From Hydrolagus colliei (taxonomy: Eukaryota): a stretch of DNA of 64,000 nucleotides. The translations under genes were made by a program, and so were the position numbers. Positions 13,916-26,602 of this stretch are shown in pieces. The stretch covers positions 51,460,001 to 51,524,000 of the forward strand of contig CM068743.1 of NCBI GenBank assembly GCA_035084275.1, in the 5' to 3' direction. A model generated the notes under the pieces. The model searched no databases. It saw nothing but the letters and a program-made list of their open reading frames with translations, and was not told the origin of the DNA. How positions within the stretch are numbered: the first letter of the stretch is position 1; each line of letters opens with the position of its first letter.

Positions 13916-14910
13916 TCATATACCTCTTTCACTGCTCGCCTTTCCCACTCGGTTTTGGTTTTGAAGCGTAACTTTTCTCTCCTGTGCCTGTACACTTTCA
14001 CCTTACGAGTTTTTAACACATCCAAACTATGGATATTAGACTCGCCGTGGCTTTATTACTAATTGTGCTCCTTGAAAAGAGTCGGCATTTTATCTTTGTC
14101 CAATATTTCCTGCTAATTACACACACCGTTTATTCCAAACAAAGGCCCTTCTTTACAACAAAGAGTTAATAAAACTTAATACAAACTACTTTTACATTAA
14201 ATATTAAGGTGCTGATAAGAGGTTAGTCGTTTTTTTAAAAAAGAAACAAAGTGTTATTGAAAGGAGAGATAGATAACCGAAATAATAGTTTTGACTTAAG
14301 TTACGGTTACAGAGATGCAGTGATTGCCAAACCCCGGGCTCTTGTGTTCACCTCGATGGTTAATTTGCATAATTTTTCACTTGTGACGCTCTGTTTCGGG
14401 GGGAGTTTACTCAGCCTGTCTGCCCAGCACTCTCAGACAGCAATCTTAAAATCCGCGCTTTTAGCATTCAATATTCATAAGAAACATACCCCATTTCTTT
14501 GGTATTAGATAAGCACAGCCCGGAATGCTGATAGCAGTCTTATCTCGCTGACCAGGGCGCACTACCATAATCACAGGGCTGTCCATCGAAAACCCACAGC
14601 CTTCTCTCCAGTCTTTGCAGCTCTACCATTTTGTCTTCCCCCCCCCACCCCCAGCCCCCCCCCCCCTACCCACCCCCCCCCCCCCCACCTTCTTTTTTGG
14701 CCGTTGTCGCTAACGAGTGCATTTCAGCGCTTAGAGAAACTGTTTGCATTCATTCCACTTAATTTGGAAGTTTGGAAACTCGTGCTTATCGATTTCCCCC
14801 CCTCGGTGAATCTGAAAATATTGTGCCGTGGTCTGCGTCTATCGTCAGAAGCTAAGGTAAGCTGGACACAAATAGGCTATCACTTGTGAATGGCGGAGTT
14901 TATGTCCCAG

Positions 14911-14955
14911 TGATTTATGACCATATGACTTAAATCTCGGTTCAAGAAGAGTTCA
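14911..14955 (+). promoter_or_regulatory. Pbx/Hox site plus DR5 RARE upstream of HoxA3
   Basis: TGATTTATGA (14911-14920), then GGTTCA-agaag-AGTTCA (14939-14955), a perfect DR5. Confidence 0.88.
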
Positions 14956-17900
14956 CAAGCTATAGCTTCCTTTCACATTGTGACTGATACCCGTAGGTTT
15001 TGAATTCAAGTCCCCTTTCTCTTCTGCTTCTCTTTCGTCACTGACTTAGTCTTTTTAAGGCGATTTTTCTTTCTCAGAATTTTCTCTATTTGGAGGCTGT
15101 ATAATTATCTCCTGCCGCCTAAGGCACAATCTATAAATCTGAACTGTGAAAACTGCTACTGTTAGCAGGGTCTCGGTTCCTAGCGCTTTAATGATTATTT
15201 TTTTCGAAATCGTCATCTTTTTATTTTTATTAGTAACACAGAGAATCTCTGAAGCTTTTTCATGGTGATGGTTTTATTTTCAAACACACATTTACGCCAA
15301 AATGCTTATCTGGAACAGTTGGTTACACAAATTTAAAGTCAGACTGGCGCACAGCTTAGGCTTATTCGATTTGTCTTGCATTCCACTTGAACAGACAGAA
15401 CTTGTCTGGTTGTGTTGTCGGATTCGCATAAAAATGTTTTGTGGTTTCTGAGTGAAAGCATCTCTGCAATTCGCCTGTAATCATTCTGCCACACGAATGT
15501 TTGCATTCTGGAACGTGTAATAAGCAAAACGGGCAGTGGGTAGCAGACAAATTATTAAAATTATGTGGAAGTTTGATTGTTTCATAACACAAGGAAGGGT
15601 TGGAGTGGGAATCTGCACAGGTGAGCAAGGGTTTGTTTATTGTTGCAACAAACATGGCCGACAGCACACGCAGGTTACAGAAACACAAAGTGAAGAAACA
15701 TTATGGCGTGGGAGATCAAATTGTCAAGGAATTCATCTGCTGTCCACAGAGCCAATTCTTTACAGTGGGACGAGTAATAACCATCTGCTGAACTTATTTC
15801 TAATCGTGTATTTGTACGTATTTAAAACACACATTAAGTGTACCAGTAAGAAATAATGGAACTTACTAATAACTTTGCACCAATTTGATCTCGTGCTAAC
15901 GTTTTATTATTTTTATTCTTGCATGATAGCTAAAGACATCACAAGTCTGAGGCTTGTTGGAGGGCCTATGGTAACCGTGCAGCGCTCTACAGCTGTGCAT
16001 CAGTATTGTATTTCACGATTCCAGGTTCAAGATGCAATGTTACTGTGGCTGTAAGTGCTATGAATGATAACTGCGTGAGAAGGTTCATTTCTGAAGAAAG
16101 ACATCGAAACCATCTTTCTAATCTAGTAATACCCTCTTTTTGGGATTAGGTCTCCAATTTCGGAAGTACCCTGAAATGTGTTATTTAAAACCTCTTTACA
16201 TATAGCCCTGCCCTCCCCCCGCTGACCCCAACAGATTGCCCTACGTTTACAATTCTGAATAATATGACAGAAGCATTTAAAACCGCTTTATGTTCACCCT
16301 ATAAGACATTGATTTGCCCAAACTAGCATTTTGAAACCCAACAAAGCCTTTCCAAATAAATATATGGATGTACACACTGGAACTTTAATTCATGTAACAA
16401 AGTTCATGTCACCAATAATTCCAGTTATTTCCTTTACTATGTGAAAAAAAAGGAAGAATTCGGTCTAAGCATATGTATTCCATTGTATCAGTATGAGTGG
16501 AGCAAAGAAAGGTCCTGGAAACAAAGGTTTTCTGCAAGGCCATTTTCTTTATGTCAATAAAATAGCATTTAATTAAAAATAGGCATTGCAGTACGTGTGG
16601 TGTTTATTTGTGAAACACAAACGTTGCAGGCGAAACAAAGATTTGCAGCTCCAATGTAATCTTTGTTGAATCTGTTTTGAAAAACGCCTTGCTCTATTAA
16701 ACATTCTTTAAAATAAGGTCGAGATGCAATTCAACTTGATTAGCATGGGGTGTAAGGTCGGCTTGGATTTGGTGAAGATACAACTTAACTGTAATATGTG
16801 AATGAAATGGTGGTAAATCTAGCACCATTTCTGGTGCTAAATCTAGCACTAGAGCCTTATGGTACAAGCTATTTCTATGGTCTGTGCTCCCAACTCTTCT
16901 GCAGCCCAGTGACCCTCATACATCAAATTACGAGGCAGTTTCAGAGACACAGCCTATTATCGTTTGGTTGGAAGAAAAGTTCACACCGTGGTCATAGAGA
17001 AGAACGCCGGTTTTTCTGGTTCCTGGTGCTTTTCCATCCATCATGTTTTTAGCAGGTAGAATTCAGGCAGTAAAAGGAAACCTTGGAAATTTCCGCCAGA
17101 CCAAATGGCGACTTGTTAAAACTAGAATCAACTAAAAACAAAACAGTTCTGACCGTCAGTTTGGTTAAATCTGGGAAGCTAAACAAACATCACTTCACAC
17201 GCAATGCATTTAAAACAACAGCAAAAACATTTGTTCCCTATCTGGAATGGTGGGAACGTTTTTTTAAAAAAAAACTAAATTATTCTTAGGTGCAACATTT
17301 TGGGGGGATATAGGAAAGAAATACGCAAATAAGATTTGTAGATCGACATCGATAAATTCGAGCAACGTAAAAACGCGAATTAAACAGTAATTTCATACAT
17401 AGTGACTTGAACCAACCTGCAAATTAATCTGAATGGTAAGAGACAACTGAATTTTTGTGAACATTGATTGTTTTTTACGTTTCCTTCATTCCGTGGTTTT
17501 GTTTACGGGAAGCCTTTGTTGACAACCAGGAAAGTATCGTTGAATTTTAATTCTTCCACACATTTGCAGAGACGCTGACAGTAATCCCGGCACTTGAAAT
17601 TGTGGTTATTAGATCTCTTTAGATGCAACTAACCAATCACGTATTTTTATGCAGCTACATTTCAGTCCTGTTTACACACAAAAATATCAAGCTTAGCAAA
17701 AAATTACATTTCGTTAACAACTGGTTTGCAATTGTAAGTTACAGAGGAGGCGACTTTGAATTTCAATAGTCCCCAGAAGGAGGTTAACCTACCGAAATCC
17801 ATGTCTCACAGTTCTACATGAATCCTTATGTGGTATTGTATTTCACAAGATGAAACAAAATAAAAAGGCTGGAATTTGCAGAAACCGTACCCCTTCCTCA

Positions 17901-18094
17901 CAGAAACATTAGGTATTTGCCGGTGAGAGTCAGTTTTAAACTGCTCTTGTACTCAGATTGCCCAGGGCAAGACTGTGTGAGACCAAATATTGCTGCGCAT
18001 TTTTTCTTTTATGGCTTTTCATGTCAGTTGCTATTGAGAGTAAGATGGATTTGTACCATTTCGCCATTATGGTTTGTTTTTTTTGTTACTCTAG

Positions 18095-18210
18095 GTCTAC
18101 CCGAAGAGGCCATTGGAAGAAGGGCGTCACGTGACACAGGGTGCCAATGTTATTCTATAAGGGTGTCAAGACCCTGTCAGTTTGCGAAATAAATATTGGG
18201 AAACAACGAG
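18095..18210 (+). promoter_or_regulatory. HoxA3 5' leader / proximal promoter (CCAAT and E-box)
   Basis: Acceptor TTTTTTGTTACTCTAG ends at 18094. ATTGG (18112-18116), TCACGTGA (18127-18134) and CCAAT (18144-18148) follow, then the Hox3-type AAATAAATATTGGGAAACAACG before the ATG. Confidence 0.75.
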
Positions 18211-18667
18211 ATGCAAAAAGCGACATACTACGACAGCTCTGCAATTTTCGGTGGTTACACATACCAAGCAGCAAATGGTTTTAACTATAATGCTAGTCAG
18301 CAGCAATATCCGCCTTCATCCCATGTGGAAAGCGACTATCATCGACCCGCTTGCTCTCTGCAGTCACCTGCTACCACTGCCCCCCTTCACAAACCTAACG
18401 ATATCAATGAGAGTTGCATGCGAACCAGTGCCAGCCAACCCAGTCACCCTCCAGTTATCCCAGAGCAACAGCAGAAGCAGCCACCACCTCCTCCACCACC
18501 TCCACCGTCTGTCTCACCACCCCAAAATACCAGCAGCAACTCGACCCAGTCCAGCACAAGCAAGAATCCCACTCTTACCTCACAAACCACCATTTCTAAG
18601 CAAATATTCCCCTGGATGAAAGAGTCGCGCCAAAACACCAAGCAAAAAAACAGCAGTTCCAGCTCAG
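18211..18667 (+). CDS. hoxa3: Homeobox protein Hox-A3, coding exon 1
   Basis: Starts [16 protein letters not shown] (Hox3 N-terminus), has a poly-Pro tract and the hexapeptide [12 protein letters not shown], and ends at a phase 1 donor TCAG|GTACAC. True start is ATG 18211, not the ORF-track 18196. Confidence 0.96.
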
Positions 18668-19330
18668 GTACACCACATCCTGTCTTAACTTTTGATTAAC
18701 TAGTGCTGCGCCTCGCTAGCTAATGAAAAAGCTCCCAATTAAATTACTGGAAATAAGTGTAATTTCATTTTTGTCTGAAGTACTTCAATCGTTGAAGTAG
18801 TTGAAGGTTTCATTAATGGTTGAGTTGTCCAGGCAAAAATATAACATGATGCCAGTTACTATATATTTCATAAGAAAAGTTGTGAGTTATTTCCCTAGAG
18901 CATATTTACATGAGTACTCTGTAAAGGTAAAAAAGAAAAGAAAATCTGTATGCATAGAAACCAACCCCCATGTGTGTATTTCCAAATAATATGCACAAGA
19001 TTAATATCTGGTTTATTCAATGTTATTGTAGGGATTTCCTGGTCTGAATAATAACATCAACTAACCACATTATGGGTTAAATTCAGCCATTTTTCTGTCA
19101 AAATGCTTCATATATTTGCTTCACTGCAGTGGATCATACGCAGGGATTATTTTTCAGCAGTACCTTTACATGAGTTATAAATACAGAAAGATATATTTTA
19201 TAATAATATTTTCTGTATTATTGGTTCAGGTAGTTGAGAAGCAAAATTATTCAGGATACAATTAAATATTGCAATTCTATTTCCTCAACTTTCTAAGTGC
19301 AAACCCACATCGCAAACTCAAATATCCATG

Positions 19331-19418
19331 AAAATACACAGCCAATTAACTTTAGGGTATATTTTGTGAAGCGCTTTGAGATGTCTCGAAGATGTGACAA
19401 ATGCGACAATTATTATTA
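19331..19418 (+). mobile_element. SINE 3' tail fragment in HoxA3 intron
   Basis: AAATACACAGCCAATTAACTTT...GTGAAGCGCTTTGAGATGTC...ATTATTATT matches the SINE tail at 46507-46678 and the reverse complement of the full copies downstream. Confidence 0.8.
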
Positions 19419-19587
19419 GATATATATATTCATGAGTTATCATAGATGTGCACTATGCAGATGCACAGAATACCAGACATGTATGTACATACAAATCTCT
19501 GTGCACATATGTGCAGCGTATTGGTCATACAATATGAAGTTTAACTCCCATCAGTTTAATAATAACTTCATTATTATTATTTAATCA

Positions 19588-19680
19588 TCACTTTACAGTG
19601 TACTCTGTGAAGCCATTTGAGACATCTCAAAGATGTGATAAGGTGCTGTATCAAATGCAAGGATTTTTATTATTATTATT
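19588..19680 (+). mobile_element. Second SINE 3' tail fragment in HoxA3 intron
   Basis: TCACTTTACAGTGTACTCTGTGAAGC...GATGTGATAAGGTGCTGTATCAAATGCAAGGATT followed by (ATT)n; same family tail. Confidence 0.85.
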
Positions 19681-21181
19681 TTCAGTGCAATGCACAATTC
19701 AAACAGAATGCACAATATTGATTTCAGATATGAAATGTTTACATTACTTGGAATTATGTACCCAGAAGCAAATATCTAAATTGGCTCAAACACTATTTAA
19801 ACAAATAAAATAAGCACCTGACTGACATGTTTAAGGCATTGAGACATAATCTTATTTGAAGCTGTAAATTTATTTCATACATTCATCTGATATGCATAAA
19901 AAATGCACTCAGGCTTGAATGCATTAAGCTAACATTCTGTGAGTGTACAAGGTGGTGTATGTTTGTAGCTGAAATATGTGTACACACAGAAGCACCCCAT
20001 ATGATTCTAATTTTGTGTATTAAAATTCTAATCATACTATTTAATGAGATGGCCAATTGTTAATGAATAACATATTTGCAGATAACAGCTACCTGTACCA
20101 ATGCAAAGTTGGGAATCAACTGAAACTTACAAACATTTAGTTATATCAGATTTTCTGATATTTTGTTTATCAGATTTCACACAAGTGGATCTAACCACAA
20201 ATATTTACTGACGCATGCTTACATAAGGAAAGGCTATGTACATTTACTTTAGTGTTTTTGCATGAATTCATAAACCACATGGACAAGTTATCAACAGATG
20301 GCAGGTAACGAGAACTCAATATTGGTATAATCCTTTGAATAAGATTACTTCTTAAGCATTGTTTACTATAATATGTAGTGCAATATATAATCAGGTATTA
20401 CTTTGACTTATTTGTTGATAACCTTTTACACCTTGTGTAGCCACCATTGTGACATGGAGGAGTAGAATTTATGATGTGGGTGAGGCACTGCTTCAGTTGG
20501 GATACAGGGTTATTCAATGTCTGGTATGACTGTTTGTATATGTGTAGGTATGCAAATACTATATGCAAATAACCAACCAGAAAAGTAGAAAGCAATTGCT
20601 GTGTGTATTTTTCTACATACTATGTAAAGTTTAGATGTGGTATCTAGATTGTTATCATACTCTTGGTTTCACTTATATATTCAGCTGATGAGATCACAGG
20701 TTGAATTCAGCCATCTTTCTGTTCAAAGTATGACTCATTTCACTAGAATGGTTCATATGAGGGAACCAACAGAGATATTGTTTGTTTCCATCATGAGTTT
20801 TATTAAGTGATCTCAATAAGATGTGAATATTGTCCGTTCAGGAATTAACTTTAAGTTAAGTATTAATGTTTTGAAAAAATAGTGATTGTGGTGCTTGTCC
20901 ACAATAAGAGGCGACCGTCCTAAAATTAAATTGTAACAGACAATCTTACACAATACTCCATACATCTGTATACATATTGACTACGATGGAGTAAGTAGGA
21001 AAACAAATAAGGATTTGCAGCTTATTTTGTGTTCTCGATAGGGAAAATTATTTCTTAATATTGCAATAGGCATTACACTGATACCTGTACTTCTTACAAA
21101 TACGATAACAATCACAGATGCATACTGTGAACCTTTATGTGTACTTGAAATCACATTAAATTTTGGTTTTGTGCCTTGCAG

Positions 21182-21954
21182 TTGAAAGCTGTGCTGGTGA
21201 AAAGAGTCCTCCAGGGCCAGCCTCTAAGAGGGCACGCACAGCATATACCAGTGCCCAATTGGTGGAACTGGAGAAGGAGTTTCACTTTAATCGCTACCTT
21301 TGCAGGCCCCGGAGAGTCGAAATGGCCAACCTGTTAAACCTCACCGAAAGACAAATTAAAATCTGGTTCCAGAACCGTAGAATGAAGTACAAGAAGGATC
21401 AGAAGGCAAAAGGCATGCTAACTTCCTCTGGAGGACAGTCACCCAGTAGAAGCCCTATCCCACCACCCTCTGTAGGATTATATGCAAACTCCATGCATTC
21501 CTTGGCAAACAATGCTCCATATGACCAACATTCGCCTACATCCTTTAATAAACCTCATCAAAACACCTATGGAATTCCTACGTCTTACCCTGCACCCCTC
21601 AACAATTGCCCACCTCCACAGAAGAGGTATGCTGGGACCGCCGCTGTGACACCTGAATATGAAACACACCCTCTTCAAGGCAATGGAGGATATGGGACTC
21701 CGCATTTACAGGGTAGCCCAGTGTATGTTGGAGGAAACTTTGTGGAATCCATGTCTAGCTCTGGGCCTTCCCTTTTCAGCTTAACCCATCTGAGTCACCC
21801 TCCTTCTGGAAACATGGACTACACTGGTGCTGGACCAATGGCCAGCAACCATCACCATGGACCTTGTGACCCACATCCTACATATACAGACCTTTCATCA
21901 CACCATCCATCTCAGGGAAGAATTCAGGAAGCCCCTAAACTGACTCATCTGTAA
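21182..21954 (+). CDS. hoxa3: Homeobox protein Hox-A3, coding exon 2
   Basis: Acceptor CCTTGCAG ends at 21181. Translates [54 protein letters not shown]...[13 protein letters not shown]. Spliced CDS is 1230 nt, 409 aa. Confidence 0.97.
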
Positions 21955-22220
21955 TGGACCAGTTAGCTGTGGTGAACTATCACTTTCTCATGGGTTTATG
22001 TCATGTTATCTTCGATTCTCCCCTCCCCCACTCTTGTTTTTCTTTAGTATCAACCTCTATGCTTCATATGTAATGTTGTACCTATTGACAACCTTTGCTT
22101 GCATTGCTCTATCTCTGTTAGTGGTTGTTTATCTCCATGGACTCCAGCCTTAGCATTCATTAGTAGAAGTGAAATTCTAAGGCTCACAAAACTTTGCATA
22201 TAATCTTCTACTCTTATGGA

Positions 22221-22228
22221 ACAGGGTA
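22221..22228 (+). promoter_or_regulatory. miR-10 8-mer seed match in HoxA3 3' UTR
   Basis: ACAGGGTA is the 8-mer match to miR-10 (UACCCUGU...), about 270 nt after the stop. Confidence 0.7.
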
Positions 22229-24929
22229 TATGAACAAATTTTCTAAAAATTACTTAAATGTGAATTTGTTCGTGCTTTATTTTTCCTTTTGAGGAACAGT
22301 AAAATAGTTTATATTGCACTTCTTTACATTGAATGGTTAAAACAACAAAGCGCTCGAACAGGGCAAATAAGAGTACTTGTACGTCTTTCAGTATGTATGT
22401 ATGCTGGTGAACATTCAAATTTATTTATTTGCTCTTGCAGAGGAGAATATTCTAAGTGTTTAAAGTATTATTTATCCCCATTGACGCATATTTATAAAGA
22501 GAACTGTACATTGACTATTTACTTGGTTTTGTTCAGCCTTGTGTTTAAGTCATGGTAAATATATGTTTTGTTTTTTTTAAAAAGAAAATCATGTAAAATA
22601 CACAGAAAAGTAGTTTTCTTTTAGTAATGTATTCCTGGAAAAATGCAACTTGGTCAATTGTGGGAATAATGCCAAGAGAAAAGACGTAGTCTGTAACTGT
22701 AGTATTCTTAAAATGGAACACAAAATTGCCACAATTTTGGTTTAGGTATACATTCCATGCTGCAAATGAGATATCCATGGAACAGCTAGTTCTGACGAAT
22801 AAATTTTTTTTGGTCAGCAATACGGTGTTGCTTGTGTTAACTAAAATGAGATATACGCATTTTTTCAAGTATTTGCGAAAATATAACACCATGCAGCAAG
22901 AAATAGCAAAACACATAGCTCAGTAGTCAGTCTTCCTTTGTGCTATGTTGGCTCTGTGGTGCTTCAACCCCCGCACTGAAAGATCATCGATTATCATGTG
23001 GCTTGCAAATGTCTCCCAATGCTGCATTTATTTAGGCCAAAACCGAAAGCGGCACATTTTACAAAGAATCAAACGACTCTACTGGCTTCAAATTTGTTTG
23101 TTTTATTGGTTTGACCAAAGTATATATGATTCATAACGATTACAGATATTATAACAGGTGAAAATATTTCACCAGTGCATAGAAACATTGCCATTGCTGC
23201 CAGGTTTGATTTCCAAAGAATCCTGGATATGCAAAGAGAGAGAGAGAGAAAACGTCAGGATTCATGAATGATTCCTTTTAAATATACACACCCCATCCCC
23301 CCCAAAACAAAGCTTACTATCTATATTAAAAAAAAACACAGAAAAAGCTGTAGAAACTATGTAATTGATTTTAATTATTATACATACCAAATCTTGGTTG
23401 TGCTTAGTTGTTTTGAGAAGAAGAAAAATCAGTATAAATAAATTCAGTTTTATACGTTTATATTTCCATAGATATAACACATATCCTTCGTATCCAGTGA
23501 AACAATACTAATTACGGGTGAGAAAACGTTACTGTTCTAGTCATTCGATTCTTGTATGTTTTAAATATTTTATACGTTTCACATCAAATTTGCTCTTCAA
23601 TATGTTCTCCAAATATTAAAATGTGTTTTTGTAAAAAAAAGTCATTAATCGAAAAGTATTTTAAAGATTCCTTTCATTCTTATCTCTGTTTCCAAAATGA
23701 GTATAAATTTAGTTTTATATTTGTCCGCTTCAGCAACTTTGTTTTTTAAAAGCAAAAATCAAAATGAACCATTCGGTTGTTAAGATGATGTGCCTTTACA
23801 CGAATTATTTATTTACCAAACATTTTTTTGAAAATGTTTTGCCATCAGCTGGCTCGGACATTGATTCATTTATTCCAATTAGTAAACAGTCCAGGGACAT
23901 AAAATATGAATGTTTAGAGGTTTTAATATTGTCCACCAAAAGTTGCTCATCGATTTTCTTTGATTGCAAGCTAAGATAAAGAAGGAAAAAATTGCATTAT
24001 TTTTCAAGAAGCTGAAGAGAATTTCCGAGTAGTAGTCTTAAGCATGCAGAAAGCAGACGCCATGTCGTCGGCATGCTCACTGTCAGAGCTTCCCAAAGGA
24101 CAAGCTGTCTAATTTATCTTCCTCTCCAAAATACATAAGAGACTTTCTTCACTCCTTCCAGCAAAGCTTTAAATGTGATACAACTAAACTGCATATTTAC
24201 CAACTGGAAGGACGTTAGCAAATGATATAATATATACTATACTTACACCACTCTATCCTGATAAAAAAAATATACAAATTCCGCAAATTCAAATTGAACA
24301 CAATTATTTTGGTGAGTTTTTAGAGGCTGGGGTCAACCTTCGTTTCAAGCATGTAATAAATTATATGTGCTTTAAACGACCGCATATTTTAAGGCAGTCT
24401 GATTTTTAGACGAGACAAAAAAATTTCATGGTTTTGAAAAAAAACAGTTGACAATGAAATATGTAAACCAAATCAAATTATGACACGCTTGCTGGGTTTC
24501 CAACTATTTATTACAACGAAAATGCAAAAGATTTTGGAAACAAAATTCAAGTTGGAGTCAATAAATGTATTTATTTCAGGTTGATGCGAGAATATTTTTT
24601 GAAAGAACAGAATTTGGCCGTGGCTGGGAATCTATAATACACATATATGTAGTCAGAGATTTCTTCTCAGAATATACGAAATATCTGTTCAGAAAATAGT
24701 GCAATGTATCCACTGAATAGTTAGTTATTTTACAAATACTTAAAATTATTAAGAGGGTATTTCCAGCAAGTATGGTTTGCAGACCCGAAGCATTCCCCGA
24801 ACTCGACTGGATGCATTTTGTTTTGTAAACCTAACAAATAACAAGGACATAAACATAATTAGCATTTTAATACGTTGAGAAACGTTACTGTCTTTTTTAC
24901 TCAACAGAATTTTGTGCTTTAAACCTGGT

Positions 24930-25335
24930 CGCTTTTGCATTCGCCCACATGCCCGCACAGGCTGTGAAAATCTCTGCAACGCCAACGCCTACAAACATTT
25001 CACACACAAAAGCCCATTTAATTGCAAAAGAAAACCCTCTTCAATTCGTTAGCACTAAAACCCACGACCTAAACATGAACGGGATAAACTAGTGTTTGCC
25101 ATAACTAATAAGAGACGATATATCATAATCTGTATGAACTCACCTTCCCTGCCTTACATTTGAAAGGCGTTGGATATACTGGGACGCTTAATAAACGATT
25201 TGGTGTAAATATTTAACCACCTAGAAGGAATCCTACTTCTCTTCCTGATGCCATTCGACATTGCAGAGAGAAACCTTAAATGTGTTCTTGGGGGCCAGAA
25301 GCTGTCAGATCTTAAGGCGAACAAGATTGATAGGG
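24930..25335. promoter_or_regulatory. Probable HoxA2 r3/r5 (Krox20-dependent) and neural crest enhancer
   Basis: EGR/Krox20-like CGCCCACA (24942-24949), BoxA-like CACAAAAGCC near 25005, and the block AAATGTGTTCTTGGGGGCCAGAAGCTGTCA...CAAGATTGAT (about 25278-25331) with a Meis site. Lies 1.3-1.7 kb upstream of HoxA2. Confidence 0.6.
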
Positions 25336-26044
25336 GATATACTTCCTTGCAGCTTTGTTTGCGGTATACGCAGAAAAGGGCCTAGAAAAGCACTACCATT
25401 TTTACACCTTTACCATCTCAACAAAATCTCTGCATTTTACAGTCGTAATTGCAAAAGTGACCATGCTCAAGAATCAGGATATTTACTGTGCACGTTTGGC
25501 CCCCAACAAACACAAATCCACCATGCCTGCTTTTTTTAAAAAAAATGTTCATTTATACAATTTAGACGGAAGTTATGTTTTAAACAAAAATGAAATGTTA
25601 TATTTTCAAAGCAAAGACAGTTTACGTCTCCGTCTCTGTTATTCATTTTGTCGATTTGTTAAAACCATTGTACTGTGATATTTTAAAGATGGATATATAT
25701 ATATAAAGATATATATAATATGGCAGTACAATTATCACGAGTAGTTCATCGTTATGTGCTACAAATTTCAAAAATTACAAGAGAATACAATACCTTCATC
25801 TATACGCCTTTTAGGGTTTTCGGTGCTCAAAAACAAAATAGCATTAAAATGTATTGTCCACATTCACCACCACATTCGGCCTCCTGTTTCAATTACTGTC
25901 TCCATACTGTACAATAATCAAAGAATATCCAGTACTGTACAACTAAACAAAACAAATATGGGGACGGTACGCCCAACGAAAACATGAAGCAAATGGCTGT
26001 AGCTTCGCCTTGTGTAACTTCTTATGTGGCAGGGATCTGGGGTC

Positions 26045-26126
26045 CAGTGTCAAAACTTTGAAGATTAATGGATTACTTTGTTAATGACTCTAGGCGTCAG
26101 ATTTAGGTGCTGGATGATTTGTGAGG
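26045..26126. promoter_or_regulatory. Motif-dense element upstream of HoxA2 promoter
   Basis: TGTCAA, CTTTGAA (TCF-like, 26056-26062), AGATTAATGG (Pbx/Hox-like, 26062-26071), CTTTGTT and TTAATGA within 80 bp. Confidence 0.55.
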
Positions 26127-26319
26127 TGCAAGTCGTCTTCGTGACAGTCGGTAACACACAGAGAAAGAGAAGCCAGCAAGTGTGCAGGAGACAGGGACAG
26201 ACAGAAAGAAAGAGACAAGGCTGAGTGAACTGATTTCCATGAGCTTTAAAACAAAATCTTTTGCACATTTATTATGGGAAGATGGAACAAAAAGTGGAAA
26301 TCAAAATACTGCTGGCCCA

Positions 26320-26602
26320 GAATGAGGCGTTCCTCTCTGACTTTTTGGATCAATCACATAGACAGTGCCTTCTTTTGATTAAACCCCAAATTGTCATTGG
26401 GCAGACGCAATCATGTGACAGCGAATTCGGTCCAATTTCAACCTTGTCTCCATGAATTCAATAGTTTAATAGTAGCACGGTCCCCATACGGCTGTAATCA
26501 GTGAATTAGAAAAAACCCAGCAGCGATATTTATTATTTTTTTTACGGGCCAAAAAATAACTAACAGCTAACTTTTCCCCCCTTACGTTCTGTGGAGCCGG
26601 CA
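26320..26602 (+). promoter_or_regulatory. HoxA2 proximal promoter and 5' UTR
   Basis: ATCAATCA, ATTGG (26396-26400), TCATGTGA (26411-26418), CCAAT (26432-26436) and the Hoxa2 leader block AATAGTTTAATAGTAGCACGGTCCCCATACGGCTGTAATCAGTGAATTAG. Confidence 0.75.

Noticed and set aside
739-17900. Many 60-130 aa ORFs in the HoxA4 3' UTR and A4-A3 interval
   Set aside because: No recognisable domains, often non-ATG starts, and composition typical of translated AT-rich non-coding DNA.
20291-20304. CTCF-like motif TCAACAGATGGCAG (and a weaker one near 41415-41430)
   Set aside because: Only partial matches by eye; needs a PWM scan and ChIP data.
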